From positions 1,574-65,573 of the IMG/VR virus record IMGVR_UViG_2531839312_000008: a DNA stretch of 64,000 bases. One strand, 5' to 3'. Numbering within the stretch: the first letter of the stretch is position 1; each line of letters starts with the position of its first letter. The translations under genes and the position numbers were made by a program. The stretch comes from a virus. Below, in pieces: positions 27,444 to 36,850 of the stretch. The notes beneath the pieces were generated by a model. The model ran no database searches and was not told the DNA's origin. It saw only the letters and a list, made by a program, of their open reading frames with translations.

Positions 27444-28193
27444 TTAATCGAATCCCGGCACGACCGGCCGGAAGGTGCATTTACAGTTAATTAGCTCAGC
27501 TGGCATTATCCACTCACCGTCAATGAAAGCCCCCTTAGCCAGGCTGAAACGCAGCTTATCCTCTCCCGCCTTAACGTGGGAATGACGATAGGTTTTGCTG
27601 CCGCCGCTATGATGTACCCATATCCCCTCGGCAATCCCCACGGACAGATTTCTCTGAATCGCTATCGCCTGTGTGGCCTTGTTGTTCTGATCGCGGGCAA
27701 TCACGATTGCGCGTCGCCGGGTAACACCATAGCGCTGCTGTAGTTCGTCCCTGAGCCAGGCAATATCACGACCACGGGATACGCTCTCTTGCACGAGGAC
27801 GTCAACCTGAGTGAGATATTGCTCGGGGATACTCTTTATCAGGCTGACCTGAGTGCGGTAGGTAGCAGCCAAGACAGTTTTCACTTCGGGGGTGTTCTGC
27901 ATTTTCACCGACATGCCGGCGGTGTTTAGCGCGTGAATCGTTGATGATGAAACGGCCTGGTCAGTCGAGCGCACAAACCAACTGCTCGTTAATTCCGCGT
28001 GCTCGTTAAAGCGCTTGCGCCATTGTTTGAGCAGCTTTGATAGCTTGGTGGCCATCGCCTTGGCTGGATTAGCGTCTTGCGCGATGACGGGCATTTGGCG
28101 CTTATATTCGGCCTCAATCCAATAGCAGATCGAGTTATTCATCTCATCGACAATATCAACCAAATTCCTCTGATAGGCCTTCTCGATCCCCAT
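27444..28193 (-). CDS. Minor head protein (Mu gpF / SPP1 gp7 family)
   Basis: RA..IARDQ..KA; W.HS.G....R.SH; P...INC.C. Confidence 0.88.
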   Translation of the reverse strand: MGIEKAYQRNLVDIVDEMNNSICYWIEAEYKRQMPVIAQDANPAKAMATKLSKLLKQWRKRFNEHAELTSSWFVRSTDQAVSSSTIHALNTAGMSVKMQNTPEVKTVLAATYRTQVSLIKSIPEQYLTQVDVLVQESVSRGRDIAWLRDELQQRYGVTRRRAIVIARDQNNKATQAIAIQRNLSVGIAEGIWVHHSGGSKTYRHSHVKAGEDKLRFSLAKGAFIDGEWIMPAELINCKCTFRPVVPGFD

Positions 28194-29712
28194 GTTCCCG
28201 CGCGTCGGCCTGGCTGTTTTCGATGTTCGCATACATATCCTCATCTTGCGGGCTAGTCGGCATCTCGCTGACATCGATATCGGCATAACCAGAGTTAGGA
28301 TCCGCCGCAATCTTCTTGCGCACCTCAAGCGGCGATACGACGTTGCGGTCGAGGTAGTAAGAATCCGATTCGGCTTTGGTGTTCTGCGTGGTGGCTATCG
28401 CGGCATCGTCATCTTCGTTGAGGCTGCGGAATTTGAAGCTGACCGATTTATTGATCTGCCCAAATTTCACAATCTGGATGATGTCGAGAACCTTCTGAAG
28501 ACCAGCCCGGAACAACTTGCCCTGCTCCGTCGAGACGTGGTCGTTATAATTGGTAATGTCCGCTTCGCCAGTGTTAAAGCCTGCAGGCGATATGCCCATG
28601 GTTTTAACGGCCGGTGTGCGGTTAATAGCCACGACGAATTCAAGTTGCTGACGCACGATATCCGTGACACCGGAAAGTGGCGTAACCACGTTCACGATGT
28701 CTTCCATCTCCATATCGATAGCCATGGTGCCGTCGTTTGACCGATAGGAGTTCATGTAATCGAGACGGGCATCTAGCGAACCGGTCGAGTTTGGGTTGCT
28801 AAGAATGTCCTGCATGTCAGTTTTGAGAATGGTCAGGCTAAATTTTTCAAGTAGCCTGGTCGCCGCAGCGCGCGCATCCTGAAAATGCAGAACGTAGTCA
28901 TAAAGAATTTGCGCCCGAGGAATGCCGAGGAAATTATAGGACGGTTTCAGCATAAGCGGCACTTCGTCGCCCACGATGCGGATGAGGCGGCTTGAATGGA
29001 CCTCTTTACTCAATATCCACCAGGTATCTGGATTGAAATATTTGGGGCTGAGCGGATCGGTTGACTCGTATCGACCGGGGAAAATATTGATTGGCTCGAC
29101 TACGGTCAGGCGTTTGAAATTACTTAGTTCGGCCGATTTATCAGATATATCTAGCGGCAGCTTCAATGTTTCGCCTGATACGCCTGTATCGATGAAAATC
29201 AGGCAGCCGCCGAAGTACCCATTTAGCTCAGCTGCCTTATGGAATACCTCGCGAACTTTGTAATCGATCATCGCATCTTCGATGGTCTTCTTTACTTCCG
29301 ACTCGTCACCACCGCCTTTAACGTCGGCCTCAACAATTTCAATCCATTCACGCGTCATGTCATCCGCAGTCGTTTCTACACACGCACGGATCAGGCCATT
29401 CTGTGAAATGTTGGACAGCGCGGCATAGCCCATGAACGAGGGTGCGCCACCAAAGCCTTGCCCCATTTCGAAAGCATGCTGTAGGAGTGTATAAGCGCCA
29501 CCGCCTGTCATTGCATGGTCAGCAGCCATCTTTATTTCTTGGGGCACGCCGAGTGTTTTAGCTGGCCCGTAAATTATTTTGATTTCATCAATCGTCGGGA
29601 TATAGCCTGGCGTTAGAAGCCGTTCACGAGCTGTTGCACCGAGATGTAGCCCTTTTCGCTCTGGGCGTGACGAGGCGCGCCGTGCATTACGACGTTGAGT
29701 TTTAGTTGTCAT
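28156..29712 (-). CDS. Portal protein (DUF1073 type)
   Basis: Follows terminase; F.GY..L..I.QNGL; P.VK..GI.P.GFN.GE.D..NY.D motifs. Confidence 0.88.
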   Translation of the reverse strand: MTTKTQRRNARRASSRPERKGLHLGATARERLLTPGYIPTIDEIKIIYGPAKTLGVPQEIKMAADHAMTGGGAYTLLQHAFEMGQGFGGAPSFMGYAALSNISQNGLIRACVETTADDMTREWIEIVEADVKGGGDESEVKKTIEDAMIDYKVREVFHKAAELNGYFGGCLIFIDTGVSGETLKLPLDISDKSAELSNFKRLTVVEPINIFPGRYESTDPLSPKYFNPDTWWILSKEVHSSRLIRIVGDEVPLMLKPSYNFLGIPRAQILYDYVLHFQDARAAATRLLEKFSLTILKTDMQDILSNPNSTGSLDARLDYMNSYRSNDGTMAIDMEMEDIVNVVTPLSGVTDIVRQQLEFVVAINRTPAVKTMGISPAGFNTGEADITNYNDHVSTEQGKLFRAGLQKVLDIIQIVKFGQINKSVSFKFRSLNEDDDAAIATTQNTKAESDSYYLDRNVVSPLEVRKKIAADPNSGYADIDVSEMPTSPQDEDMYANIENSQADAREHGDREGLSEEFG

Positions 29713-29715
29713 AGA

Positions 29716-31227
29716 TTACCGGCGTGAATGGAGGTTTCTTGATTTAGCTCGAGCAACAGTTGCAGGGTTCATGTTGATCCCGCCCGTACCTACACTTAAT
29801 TCAGTGAGCGCCCAAACGGCCGCATCAAGTCGGTCAGGGGATTTCTTTGCAGTCGCTGGCACATACTCGAGGTATTGGTTTTCCACCTGGTAGAGATTGC
29901 CGAGATGGGCAACTTTTCCCTGTGAGTACAAGGCTGATATCGGTTCGGCGCGGGCATACTTGCCTTTGCTGGCATGGACGCGAATAATTCGACCAATGAA
30001 TCCGGCATTTTTGAGAGTTTCCTCGGCCATGTCGCCGCCCTGGTTCGTCTCAATGACTATCGCGTCCGCGTCGTGGGTTTTATAAGCCTCTATGGCCCGA
30101 GTAGCCCAACCATTCGGGGAGTAATGGCCCGAGTAGTCGCCGTCAAGGGAGTACATTCTCTCTTTGCCGCCACCGTATGAGGATCCGACTACTATCCCCG
30201 TCTCATCGCTATCGGGATTATTAGAGGCTTGTGGGTCAATGCCGACGACCGTTCTGGATTTCTCCAGGTGGATAGTCATTTTATGGGAGGCGTTAACCAT
30301 GTCCTCCGTCCACAGCGCACCCTCAGCATTGAATCGCCGAGGATTTTGCATGTACTGGGCCTCAGCTGTTCTCCTGTGCGAGAAAAGCGATACGCGGTGC
30401 GTTTCGTTATGCTTGAACTCCCATAGCCATCCATCAGGCAAGCCGTGTTCGATCGGGATAGCATGAGTGTTGTCTGGATACGCTTCATGGTAGGACTTGC
30501 TGTTATCAATCAGCACCGGCAAATTGAGATGATGCCACTTTTCACCACTCCCGCCTCGCAGCAGATAGCCACTAAGGTCATGAAAGTGGATCCGCTGCAT
30601 GATGACAATCATCGGCGTTGTTTCGATGGCCAGGCGGCTTTTAATTGTTTCGTTAAAGCGATTGTTTACGCCGTCACGAACCGTCTCAGAATAAGCGTCA
30701 TCTGGTTTAACCGGGTCATCGATAATTAGCGCACCCTGCCAGCCTGGCTCCATATGCCCGGCACGAAAGCCAGTAACCTGACCGGCCGCGGATGATGCAT
30801 AAACGCCGCCGCCCTGCTCTGTCCACCACATTGCCTTACTGTCCGAGTCATCCTTAAGCGACATGGGCCACATGGACTGGTACGCAGAGGATTTCACAAT
30901 AGCGCGGGCAGTCGATGAGTTTAGTAGTGCAAGATTGTGCGAATAAGACAAGTGCATGAAGCGGGCGCGGTTATTGATCGCAAGGCCATGGGCGATCAGG
31001 TTTATCGTGGCCAGCTCAGTTTTGGTGTAACCGGGCGGAACGTTAATGATTAGGCGTGATATTTCACCATTCACGACGCGCTGAAGCGTATCGTCAATTA
31101 CCCGATGATGTGGGGCGATAATCATCTTGCCGCCGCTGCGCTGCTTGAAGAAATAGCGGGAAAAATAAAGCCCGTCTTCCTCGCACTCTAGCTTACGCGC
31201 ATAGTTTCGCTGCTCAACAGTCGTCAT
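29716..31227 (-). CDS. terL: Terminase large subunit
   Basis: LIINVPPGYTKT Walker A, IIDDP Walker B, GIDP nuclease, SPDRLDA. Confidence 0.95.
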   Translation of the reverse strand: MTTVEQRNYARKLECEEDGLYFSRYFFKQRSGGKMIIAPHHRVIDDTLQRVVNGEISRLIINVPPGYTKTELATINLIAHGLAINNRARFMHLSYSHNLALLNSSTARAIVKSSAYQSMWPMSLKDDSDSKAMWWTEQGGGVYASSAAGQVTGFRAGHMEPGWQGALIIDDPVKPDDAYSETVRDGVNNRFNETIKSRLAIETTPMIVIMQRIHFHDLSGYLLRGGSGEKWHHLNLPVLIDNSKSYHEAYPDNTHAIPIEHGLPDGWLWEFKHNETHRVSLFSHRRTAEAQYMQNPRRFNAEGALWTEDMVNASHKMTIHLEKSRTVVGIDPQASNNPDSDETGIVVGSSYGGGKERMYSLDGDYSGHYSPNGWATRAIEAYKTHDADAIVIETNQGGDMAEETLKNAGFIGRIIRVHASKGKYARAEPISALYSQGKVAHLGNLYQVENQYLEYVPATAKKSPDRLDAAVWALTELSVGTGGINMNPATVARAKSRNLHSRR

Positions 31228-31693
31228 CCTCCAACATCTCCTGTCGAGCCTGCTTATATTCTTCTTTGCTCAAAGTGGCTGACTCAATCGGACCGCCGTT
31301 CTTACCGGTATGCTCAACCTTCTGGCGATTAGTGTAAGCCTCTCCAACCTCTTTGGCTGCTTGCTCCAACAGCTGAGCTGCCATAGCTATATTCTTCATG
31401 CCTTCAGCTTTTGTCGCCATGCGATCAAGCGCCCGCAGCCTATAGGCGCGACTGGCAATCGGTATGTCTGAAATTTCGTTCTGGAATCGCTCGCGGGTGC
31501 TTTTAAATAACTCAACCCACTTAGGGGCCAATCCAACACCTGCCGCCTTTGTAGGGTCGTGAGATGCGGCCTGCTGGCGAGTAATATCAACGGAGAATTC
31601 TTTCTTTACCGACTCGACGATCTGCGAAGGGGTATCGAAGCATGCCAAGCCTTGAACGATGAAGGCTTTCACTTCTGGTTTCAGTGATGCCAT
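31214..31693 (-). CDS. terS: Terminase small subunit (DUF2280 family)
   Basis: FIVQ.LACFDTPSQ...VK.EF; IPIA.RAYRLR.L; VEHTGKNGGPI. Confidence 0.88.
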   Translation of the reverse strand: MASLKPEVKAFIVQGLACFDTPSQIVESVKKEFSVDITRQQAASHDPTKAAGVGLAPKWVELFKSTRERFQNEISDIPIASRAYRLRALDRMATKAEGMKNIAMAAQLLEQAAKEVGEAYTNRQKVEHTGKNGGPIESATLSKEEYKQARQEMLEDDDC

Positions 31694-31724
31694 ATTTCAT
31701 CATCCGTATTTAACAGTATTAAAA

Positions 31725-32351
31725 TTATGCCAACTTCAGCATGCATGTCCCGCATGCCCTGGCCATATCGATCCCTGCTACGTCTGGTTTGTTTTTAGCA
31801 GCGTCAATCATCTCTTGGACTTCAACGCTCGCACCGTATCTACGTACGACGCCAACAAACTCTTCAACGTCGTGGCCGCGCATCGCCAATGCTGGCTGAC
31901 CATCTTTGTTGAACTTTGGCGCGCCGAATTCATCCTTAGCCTGGCCGATGTGATAAAGCTCATGTTCGACTAACGCGCAGAACTCACGGTCAGTGCATTG
32001 GGCACAATAGTCTGCTGCCAGCGTAATGATGAATTTTGGCACCTCGCCGAACCATTCATGCATCTGCTGCTCCAATCTGGCCTTCTGCCAGCCACCGGCA
32101 CGCATTGCCACTTGCTCGGCTTGACCAAGCACAGTTCTACCCTGCTTTTCGAATGCAGATGACGCCCACATGATTTTTATATCAGCTTCAATCAGGTGAG
32201 CGTGGTCTTCGTTATAGAGCGAGCCATCTTCATCAAGGATCTGGCTGTTTACCCACTCAAGCACTTCAGGGGCTGGGTATACACGAGTGTAGAAATGGAA
32301 TGAGCCAAGGGGGTCTAATGGCGGCAGCGGTCTTTTGATAGAATCGACCAT
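31725..32351 (-). CDS. Putative phage metallopeptidase
   Basis: HELYH (HExxH) and GHDVEEF motifs. Confidence 0.8.
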   Translation of the reverse strand: MVDSIKRPLPPLDPLGSFHFYTRVYPAPEVLEWVNSQILDEDGSLYNEDHAHLIEADIKIMWASSAFEKQGRTVLGQAEQVAMRAGGWQKARLEQQMHEWFGEVPKFIITLAADYCAQCTDREFCALVEHELYHIGQAKDEFGAPKFNKDGQPALAMRGHDVEEFVGVVRRYGASVEVQEMIDAAKNKPDVAGIDMARACGTCMLKLA

Positions 32352-32475
32352 TTTTAGAATATCCTGCTGGTTGGTTGAGTATTACCCTCGGTGATTTCAT
32401 CACCACGCCCCAAGGATTCAATATGTTTATTCTGTCAAAGGCGCTCATTGAATGCCTTTTGCAGAATTTTATAAA

Positions 32476-32718
32476 TTACGCAACAGCAGCCACTACGCCT
32501 TCATCGTCTGCGCTATCGTCAACCGCAACAGCAGTGCTGGAAGCGGATGCATCAGCGGAAGGGTCTGTGCTATCTGGGAACAGTGTAGCAATCGAGGTTG
32601 CCACTGCATCAGCCAGGCCAACGGTTTTGGCTTCAGTGATTTTGCTAACGATCAGTGCGGTTACGTCATCGGCCTGAATTGCTGTTTTTAGTTCGTCGGT
32701 GGTTACGTCTATGGTCAT
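32476..32718 (-). CDS. Small acidic protein, paralog A
   Basis: RBS; N-terminal ~48 aa align with 35156..35443; Asp/Ser/Ala-rich tail. Confidence 0.75.
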   Translation of the reverse strand: MTIDVTTDELKTAIQADDVTALIVSKITEAKTVGLADAVATSIATLFPDSTDPSADASASSTAVAVDDSADDEGVVAAVA

Positions 32719-32768
32719 TTTAACCCCTAATTTTAAGGCAATAAAAAACCGCCCGGAGGCGGCGATAT

Positions 32769-33551
32769 CTAAGTATTATCATCGGAATGCTTTCGGAGTG
32801 TGGCGTGCATTGCCAGATAGATTAGTCCGAAACCAATTAAAATTAAAAAACGATATCCCAGTGCGTTGAAAAGCCATACTCCTCCCACCCCCCCTAATAG
32901 AAATGAAATGAGTGTAAAAGAATGAAGCCTAAGACGTTCGAGATAAAGTGGAGCTTCTTTTGGTGATTCTTTTCTACGTACTACGTCAAAAAGCATTGCT
33001 AATTCAATACCAATATCCGTAGATGTCCCTGACACATGAGTCGTTCTCACGCGTGCATTCGATATCCGAGTCACTACTGCATTCTGTAATCCCATTAAAA
33101 AACTCAGACTCAAGATCAATACTACGCCAGGAGAAGACGGTGTTAACCAGCTTTCAACAATACCCAGTATCATCAGAGCCCCCCCCTCAATCAAGATATT
33201 TAAAGCATATACAGAACGAATATTCTTTCTTCGACCTGCATTTATAATAATTGTTGAGAACACCGCGCCGGAGATAAAAGTAGCTACAATCCACAGAAAA
33301 AAAATACCTGGTACAAGGTTTAACTTCGCAAGATTTGCTGACAATGATGAGACGTTCCCGGTCATATTTGCAGAAAAAAAACCTACAGACTCAAATGCCG
33401 CAGTATTTAGAGCCCCAGCAACTGCAGCAAGCGTGCTTGCCAAGCGTCTATCGGCACGATTACTGCGAGCATCCTCAGTACTAGTGAGCATAGTGATTGC
33501 CATGGTGACTTTACATGCAGATATAGTCTGCTGATTGCTCGAAATGGACAA
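32769..33551 (-). CDS. DUF1275 (UPF0700) integral membrane protein (moron)
   Basis: LA..AG.LN...F...G.F.ANMTGN; MGLQNA; RTTH.SG..TD.G motifs; multiple TM segments. Confidence 0.88.
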   Translation of the reverse strand: MSISSNQQTISACKVTMAITMLTSTEDARSNRADRRLASTLAAVAGALNTAAFESVGFFSANMTGNVSSLSANLAKLNLVPGIFFLWIVATFISGAVFSTIIINAGRRKNIRSVYALNILIEGGALMILGIVESWLTPSSPGVVLILSLSFLMGLQNAVVTRISNARVRTTHVSGTSTDIGIELAMLFDVVRRKESPKEAPLYLERLRLHSFTLISFLLGGVGGVWLFNALGYRFLILIGFGLIYLAMHATLRKHSDDNT

Positions 33552-33768
33552 GAAATTTGAAACTTATTCTTCTGTCGCTGATAGAAAATTATGGTCACAT
33601 TGATCCGGCTTAACACCTAGACACATCTCAGGCTGATTATCATCATCAAACGTCCGACAGACAGACAGACACTTTGTCATGAAGAGATGTTGGGAAATAT
33701 CCTCTTGTTTTAACTGCGCATGTCGGTTAAATAGAGGAACCATGCATAGGGCATGGAAGGAGATTATT

Positions 33769-33957
33769 ATGGGTTACTTTGTCATTAAGAAATCTGAAAA
33801 AGCTGTATCTCAACCGTTTTACTTCCTGCTTAAAGCCGATAACCATGAGACTATCGCAACCAGCGAAATGTATTCTTCAAAGGATGCCGCTAAGAAAGGG
33901 ATTGCTTCTGTTCAGAAGAATGGCCCTTCAACTGATATTCGCGATCAGACTGTGTAA
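33769..33957 (+). CDS. YegP/DUF1508-family protein
   Basis: FYF.LKA.NHE.IATSEMY.SK..A.KGI.SV.KN; AAGGAG RBS. Confidence 0.88.
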   Translation: MGYFVIKKSEKAVSQPFYFLLKADNHETIATSEMYSSKDAAKKGIASVQKNGPSTDIRDQTV

Positions 33958-34093
33958 CATCTGATATATCTCAGGCCCGGATACAGGGCCTTTTTGGTCA
34001 ACAATTGCTCATTCTCTTTCTGTCATTATCTAGCCCACTCGTGAATGAGCTATGGAATGAAGAGCCGTTGTGAAAGTGGTTCTCATATAGTTA

Positions 34094-34270
34094 CTACTTG
34101 TCGACCTCTCCGTATCGCTTTTCACCGATGCGCCGGAGAACTCGTAGCTGAAGATTGATGCTGTGTACTATTTCCTTCGCAGCGGCCACCCTGCCAGTCT
34201 CTAGCAGCTCAAACGCATTCCCCATCGCTTCTTCGATATAATCGATACGGTTGTATTCGCTTTTTGTCAT
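34094..34270 (-). CDS. Small hypothetical protein coupled to rha copy 2
   Basis: ATG two bases after the rha stop. Confidence 0.55.
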   Translation of the reverse strand: MTKSEYNRIDYIEEAMGNAFELLETGRVAAAKEIVHSINLQLRVLRRIGEKRYGEVDK

Positions 34271-34271
34271 G

Positions 34272-34958
34272 TTAGGCCGCCAGCCTGTGCTGCTCTTCAA
34301 TCAGAGGCTGGCGGTGGTTGCGATCAAACATTCCCTTCAGCACCTCTTTCCTCTGGTCAAAGTCCCACCCCATACTGATAAATACCGTATTGGCGCGTTG
34401 CAACTCGGTAACACAGTGGATCTGCATCGGGGTCAGGTAATCACGAATAGACTCCTTCTTGTCTATCTCATGATGAACACGGAATTTTGCTGACGTCATG
34501 CCAATAGCCAGTCGATTAATCAGATCAGCCTCATTGCTGAAATGATGCGGAGCAATGGACTTACCCGCTGCCTCACGCTCATGCTTTATGGCATCAGTCA
34601 TTGGCTTGTATTCGAGCCGTGAGGTGTTGCGGTCAAGCTTTTTGCTGGCAAGCGCTCCACGCATTCTGAAGAATTCGGATACGAGGCGTTTTTTGAATGC
34701 ACGCACCACATCATTGTTCCGCATATAAGTTATCAGTAACGTTGTTTGCAGCTCGTTAAGCAAAGCAACTCTCTGCTTTTGCTTGCCGCCGTTTGTATCA
34801 AAGGTGCGGATTTCAAATCCGACCCCACCAAATTCTTCAAGGTCCAACTTGTTACGATCCACTAACTTGATGATGGTGTCATGGTCGCGGCCAACCCCAC
34901 CAGCGATAGCCACAGTATTGGTTACAAGGTCGAGTTTTTTAATTTCAACTAATTGCAT
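34272..34958 (-). CDS. rha: Rha-family regulatory protein (copy 2)
   Basis: T....IA.GV...H..II.LV....DLEEFG.V.FE; ALLNE.QTTLL.TY.RN...VR.FK..LV..F. Confidence 0.85.
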   Translation of the reverse strand: MQLVEIKKLDLVTNTVAIAGGVGRDHDTIIKLVDRNKLDLEEFGGVGFEIRTFDTNGGKQKQRVALLNELQTTLLITYMRNNDVVRAFKKRLVSEFFRMRGALASKKLDRNTSRLEYKPMTDAIKHEREAAGKSIAPHHFSNEADLINRLAIGMTSAKFRVHHEIDKKESIRDYLTPMQIHCVTELQRANTVFISMGWDFDQRKEVLKGMFDRNHRQPLIEEQHRLAA

Positions 34959-34980
34959 GGTTATTACCTTTCAAAAAAGA

Positions 34981-35122
34981 GACCTCTGCTCACCAGAACG
35001 CCATGCCTGAGCGCACCATGCTGCGATGGCGTTCTCAGAGGTCGCTTTTGTGAATGGTCTCAGGACTGGAAGCGCGGGTGAGTGCGCGGGGATTTACTGC
35101 AGGCATAAAAAAGCCCCGCACG
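34981..35122 (-). promoter_or_regulatory. Structured leader of rha copy 2
   Basis: Nested inverted repeats gacctctg/cagaggtc and agaacgccat/atggcgttct; 40-mer shared with 13417-13456. Confidence 0.6.
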
Positions 35123-35155
35123 GTAGAGGGGCTTATGGGTGATGCAGGTCAGACT

Positions 35156-35443
35156 TTAAGCTGCGGTTTCCACTGCTGTCGAGGTATCAGTGGTGTCGTC
35201 TGAGGCAGCACTGATATCGGTATCGGTATCGGTATCGGTATCGGTATCGGTAGCTGAGTCGGCGCTTGAATCAGTGGCGGTTGCCGCGCTGGTTTCGTCA
35301 GTGAATAGCGCTGTAATCTGCTTTACGGCTGATTCTTCCAGTCCATCCGTTTTTAAATCTTTCAGCTTCGTGATGATCAGGGACTGCACTTCACTATCTT
35401 GCAGCACAGTTTTCAAATCATCTTGAGTAACTTCAACAGTCAT
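35156..35443 (-). CDS. Small acidic Thr/Asp-rich protein, paralog B
   Basis: Aligns with 32476..32718; (TD)n tract. Confidence 0.75.
   Translation of the reverse strand: MTVEVTQDDLKTVLQDSEVQSLIITKLKDLKTDGLEESAVKQITALFTDETSAATATDSSADSATDTDTDTDTDTDISAASDDTTDTSTAVETAA
35216..35251. repeat. (ATCGGT)6 in-frame microsatellite encoding Thr-Asp
   Basis: Six perfect 6-bp units. Confidence 0.9.
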
Positions 35444-35553
35444 TTTTAGTCCTGAAATTTAGGCATAAAAAAAGCCGAAAGACACTTAATGTGTAATTCA
35501 GCCAGCTTGGTAAAAATGTAACTTATTTATTGATTACTTCAACCAACTATTTT

Positions 35554-36012
35554 TTAGAGGTATTTATCTTTCAGCGCTACTAGTTCGACTTCAACTTCTT
35601 TACCCAGCACTTCGATACCCTGCTCTACGAATTTAAAAAATGCTTCTGCTTTGGCTTTAAACTCTGCCAGAGGAGACTCTGAAGTAGTCGATACCACGTC
35701 TGTGGCTGTAGAAGCCGTTTCAGTGGTTGCGGTAGTTGTATCAGTAGACGTAGCGGTTGTGGTATCGGTCGAAGCAGTGGCATCAGTTGAGGCTGTGCTC
35801 GCATCAGTGGTAGCGGCCGTAGTTGATGAGTCAGTGGTGGTCGCTGCTGCCGTGGTTGTATCAGTAGTGGTTGCTGCGGCAGTAGTTGCCGTTGTATCGG
35901 TAGTTGTTGCAGCTGTATCGGTCATCGTGTTTTCTCCGGATGTTGAAGTTTCAGCCGTCTTGGCTGAGGTGAAATAAAGGCTCTTGATAGCAGCCCAAAG
36001 ACGCTTAATCAT
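35554..36012 (-). CDS. Mucin-like Thr-rich protein with helical C-terminal domain
   Basis: About 51 Ser+Thr in residues 30-113 (manual count); second in-frame ATG with GGAG RBS at 35925; C-terminus FVEQGIEVLG...LVALKDKYL. Confidence 0.8.
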   Translation of the reverse strand: MIKRLWAAIKSLYFTSAKTAETSTSGENTMTDTAATTTDTTATTAAATTTDTTTAAATTTDSSTTAATTDASTASTDATASTDTTTATSTDTTTATTETASTATDVVSTTSESPLAEFKAKAEAFFKFVEQGIEVLGKEVEVELVALKDKYL

Positions 36013-36024
36013 TTCTGTCTGGCC

Positions 36025-36252
36025 TCAGTTATATGTCGCTTTTTTCATCTGGATGGCGTATGCCTCTTCCATTGTCGCGTCTCGCCAGCTAGTAGAGTTG
36101 CGGTCAATTTCAGGAAAGTGCGTCGATGGCCTTCTGTAGGTTCGCTGGTTTATTTCAACCTGTAATATTGCAAGCCCTGTAATAGGTTGGCGACGAAATT
36201 TGAAATTACCGGTGATGCCGGTCTCTAAAGTGTTTATGGGCATCGGACTCAT
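36025..36252 (-). CDS. Hypothetical protein
   Basis: RBS; co-oriented in the late operon. Confidence 0.55.
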   Translation of the reverse strand: MSPMPINTLETGITGNFKFRRQPITGLAILQVEINQRTYRRPSTHFPEIDRNSTSWRDATMEEAYAIQMKKATYN

Positions 36253-36305
36253 TCTTTCTGCCTCTCAGTTTCAATTTGCCGTATGCCGTCAAGCTGGCTG
36301 CTGGT

Positions 36306-36581
36306 TTACCCAACCAAGCCCTTAATAAAATCTTCACGCATTGTTAAAATACCTGGTTTGATTTCTCTCAAAACCACCTGAACACTCACTGTCCCATCTG
36401 CAGATTCTGTTTTCTTCTGCAGTACGAGTTCAAGTTTTGAACCAACATTCGGCACCTCGCCGTCAAAGTACTGGCCTACAGCCTGCTTATCTCCAGATAA
36501 CTCCAGAAAGGAACAATCGTCCGGACTGCAAGCGCTAATGCCGAGGTCTTTACCAGCGAGGTTGTCTTTTTCATGGTTCAT
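36306..36581 (-). CDS. Hypothetical protein
   Basis: AAGGT RBS straight after the Rz1 stop. Confidence 0.55.
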   Translation of the reverse strand: MNHEKDNLAGKDLGISACSPDDCSFLELSGDKQAVGQYFDGEVPNVGSKLELVLQKKTESADGTVSVQVVLREIKPGILTMREDFIKGLVG

Positions 36582-36583
36582 AG

Positions 36584-36850
36584 TTATTTACCTTGTTGAT
36601 TGGTTTCAATTTGGCGGATGCCATCTAATTGGCTATTGCAGTTCTGCAAGTCGGTTAGCAGTAACTCATTCCACAGCACGCTTGCACCGTAAGTTAACGG
36701 GTCACTTGGCATGGGTGACGGCTGGCACTGATTTAGCAGGCTGGCCGGTATCGGCGTTACTGGCACTTTGACGTACTGCGTTGTAGTGGTCCCGCAGGCT
36801 GTCAGTAGCGGCAGCAGGAACAAGCACCAGATTGCACGGTGCTGTTTCAA
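36584..36850 (-). CDS. Rz1: o-spanin (Rz1-like lipoprotein), probable TTG start
   Basis: LTA/C lipobox; Pro-rich P.PA.L...C; CN..L..IR pattern; overlaps Rz. Confidence 0.85.
   Translation of the reverse strand: MKQHRAIWCLFLLPLLTACGTTTTQYVKVPVTPIPASLLNQCQPSPMPSDPLTYGASVLWNELLLTDLQNCNSQLDGIRQIETNQQGK

Noticed and set aside
28156-29712. Anti-CBASS label sometimes attached to DUF1073 proteins
   Set aside because: Size and position between terminase and minor head gene indicate a portal; no phosphodiesterase motifs noticed
33655-33672. (ACAG)n short repeat upstream of the DUF1275 gene
   Set aside because: Only about three units; too short to argue for phase variation
35651-35977. Val/Ala-rich plus-strand ORF (also 35190..35426, 32375..32677, 32452..32691)
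   Set aside because: Antisense shadows of the Thr/Asp-rich genes; no RBS
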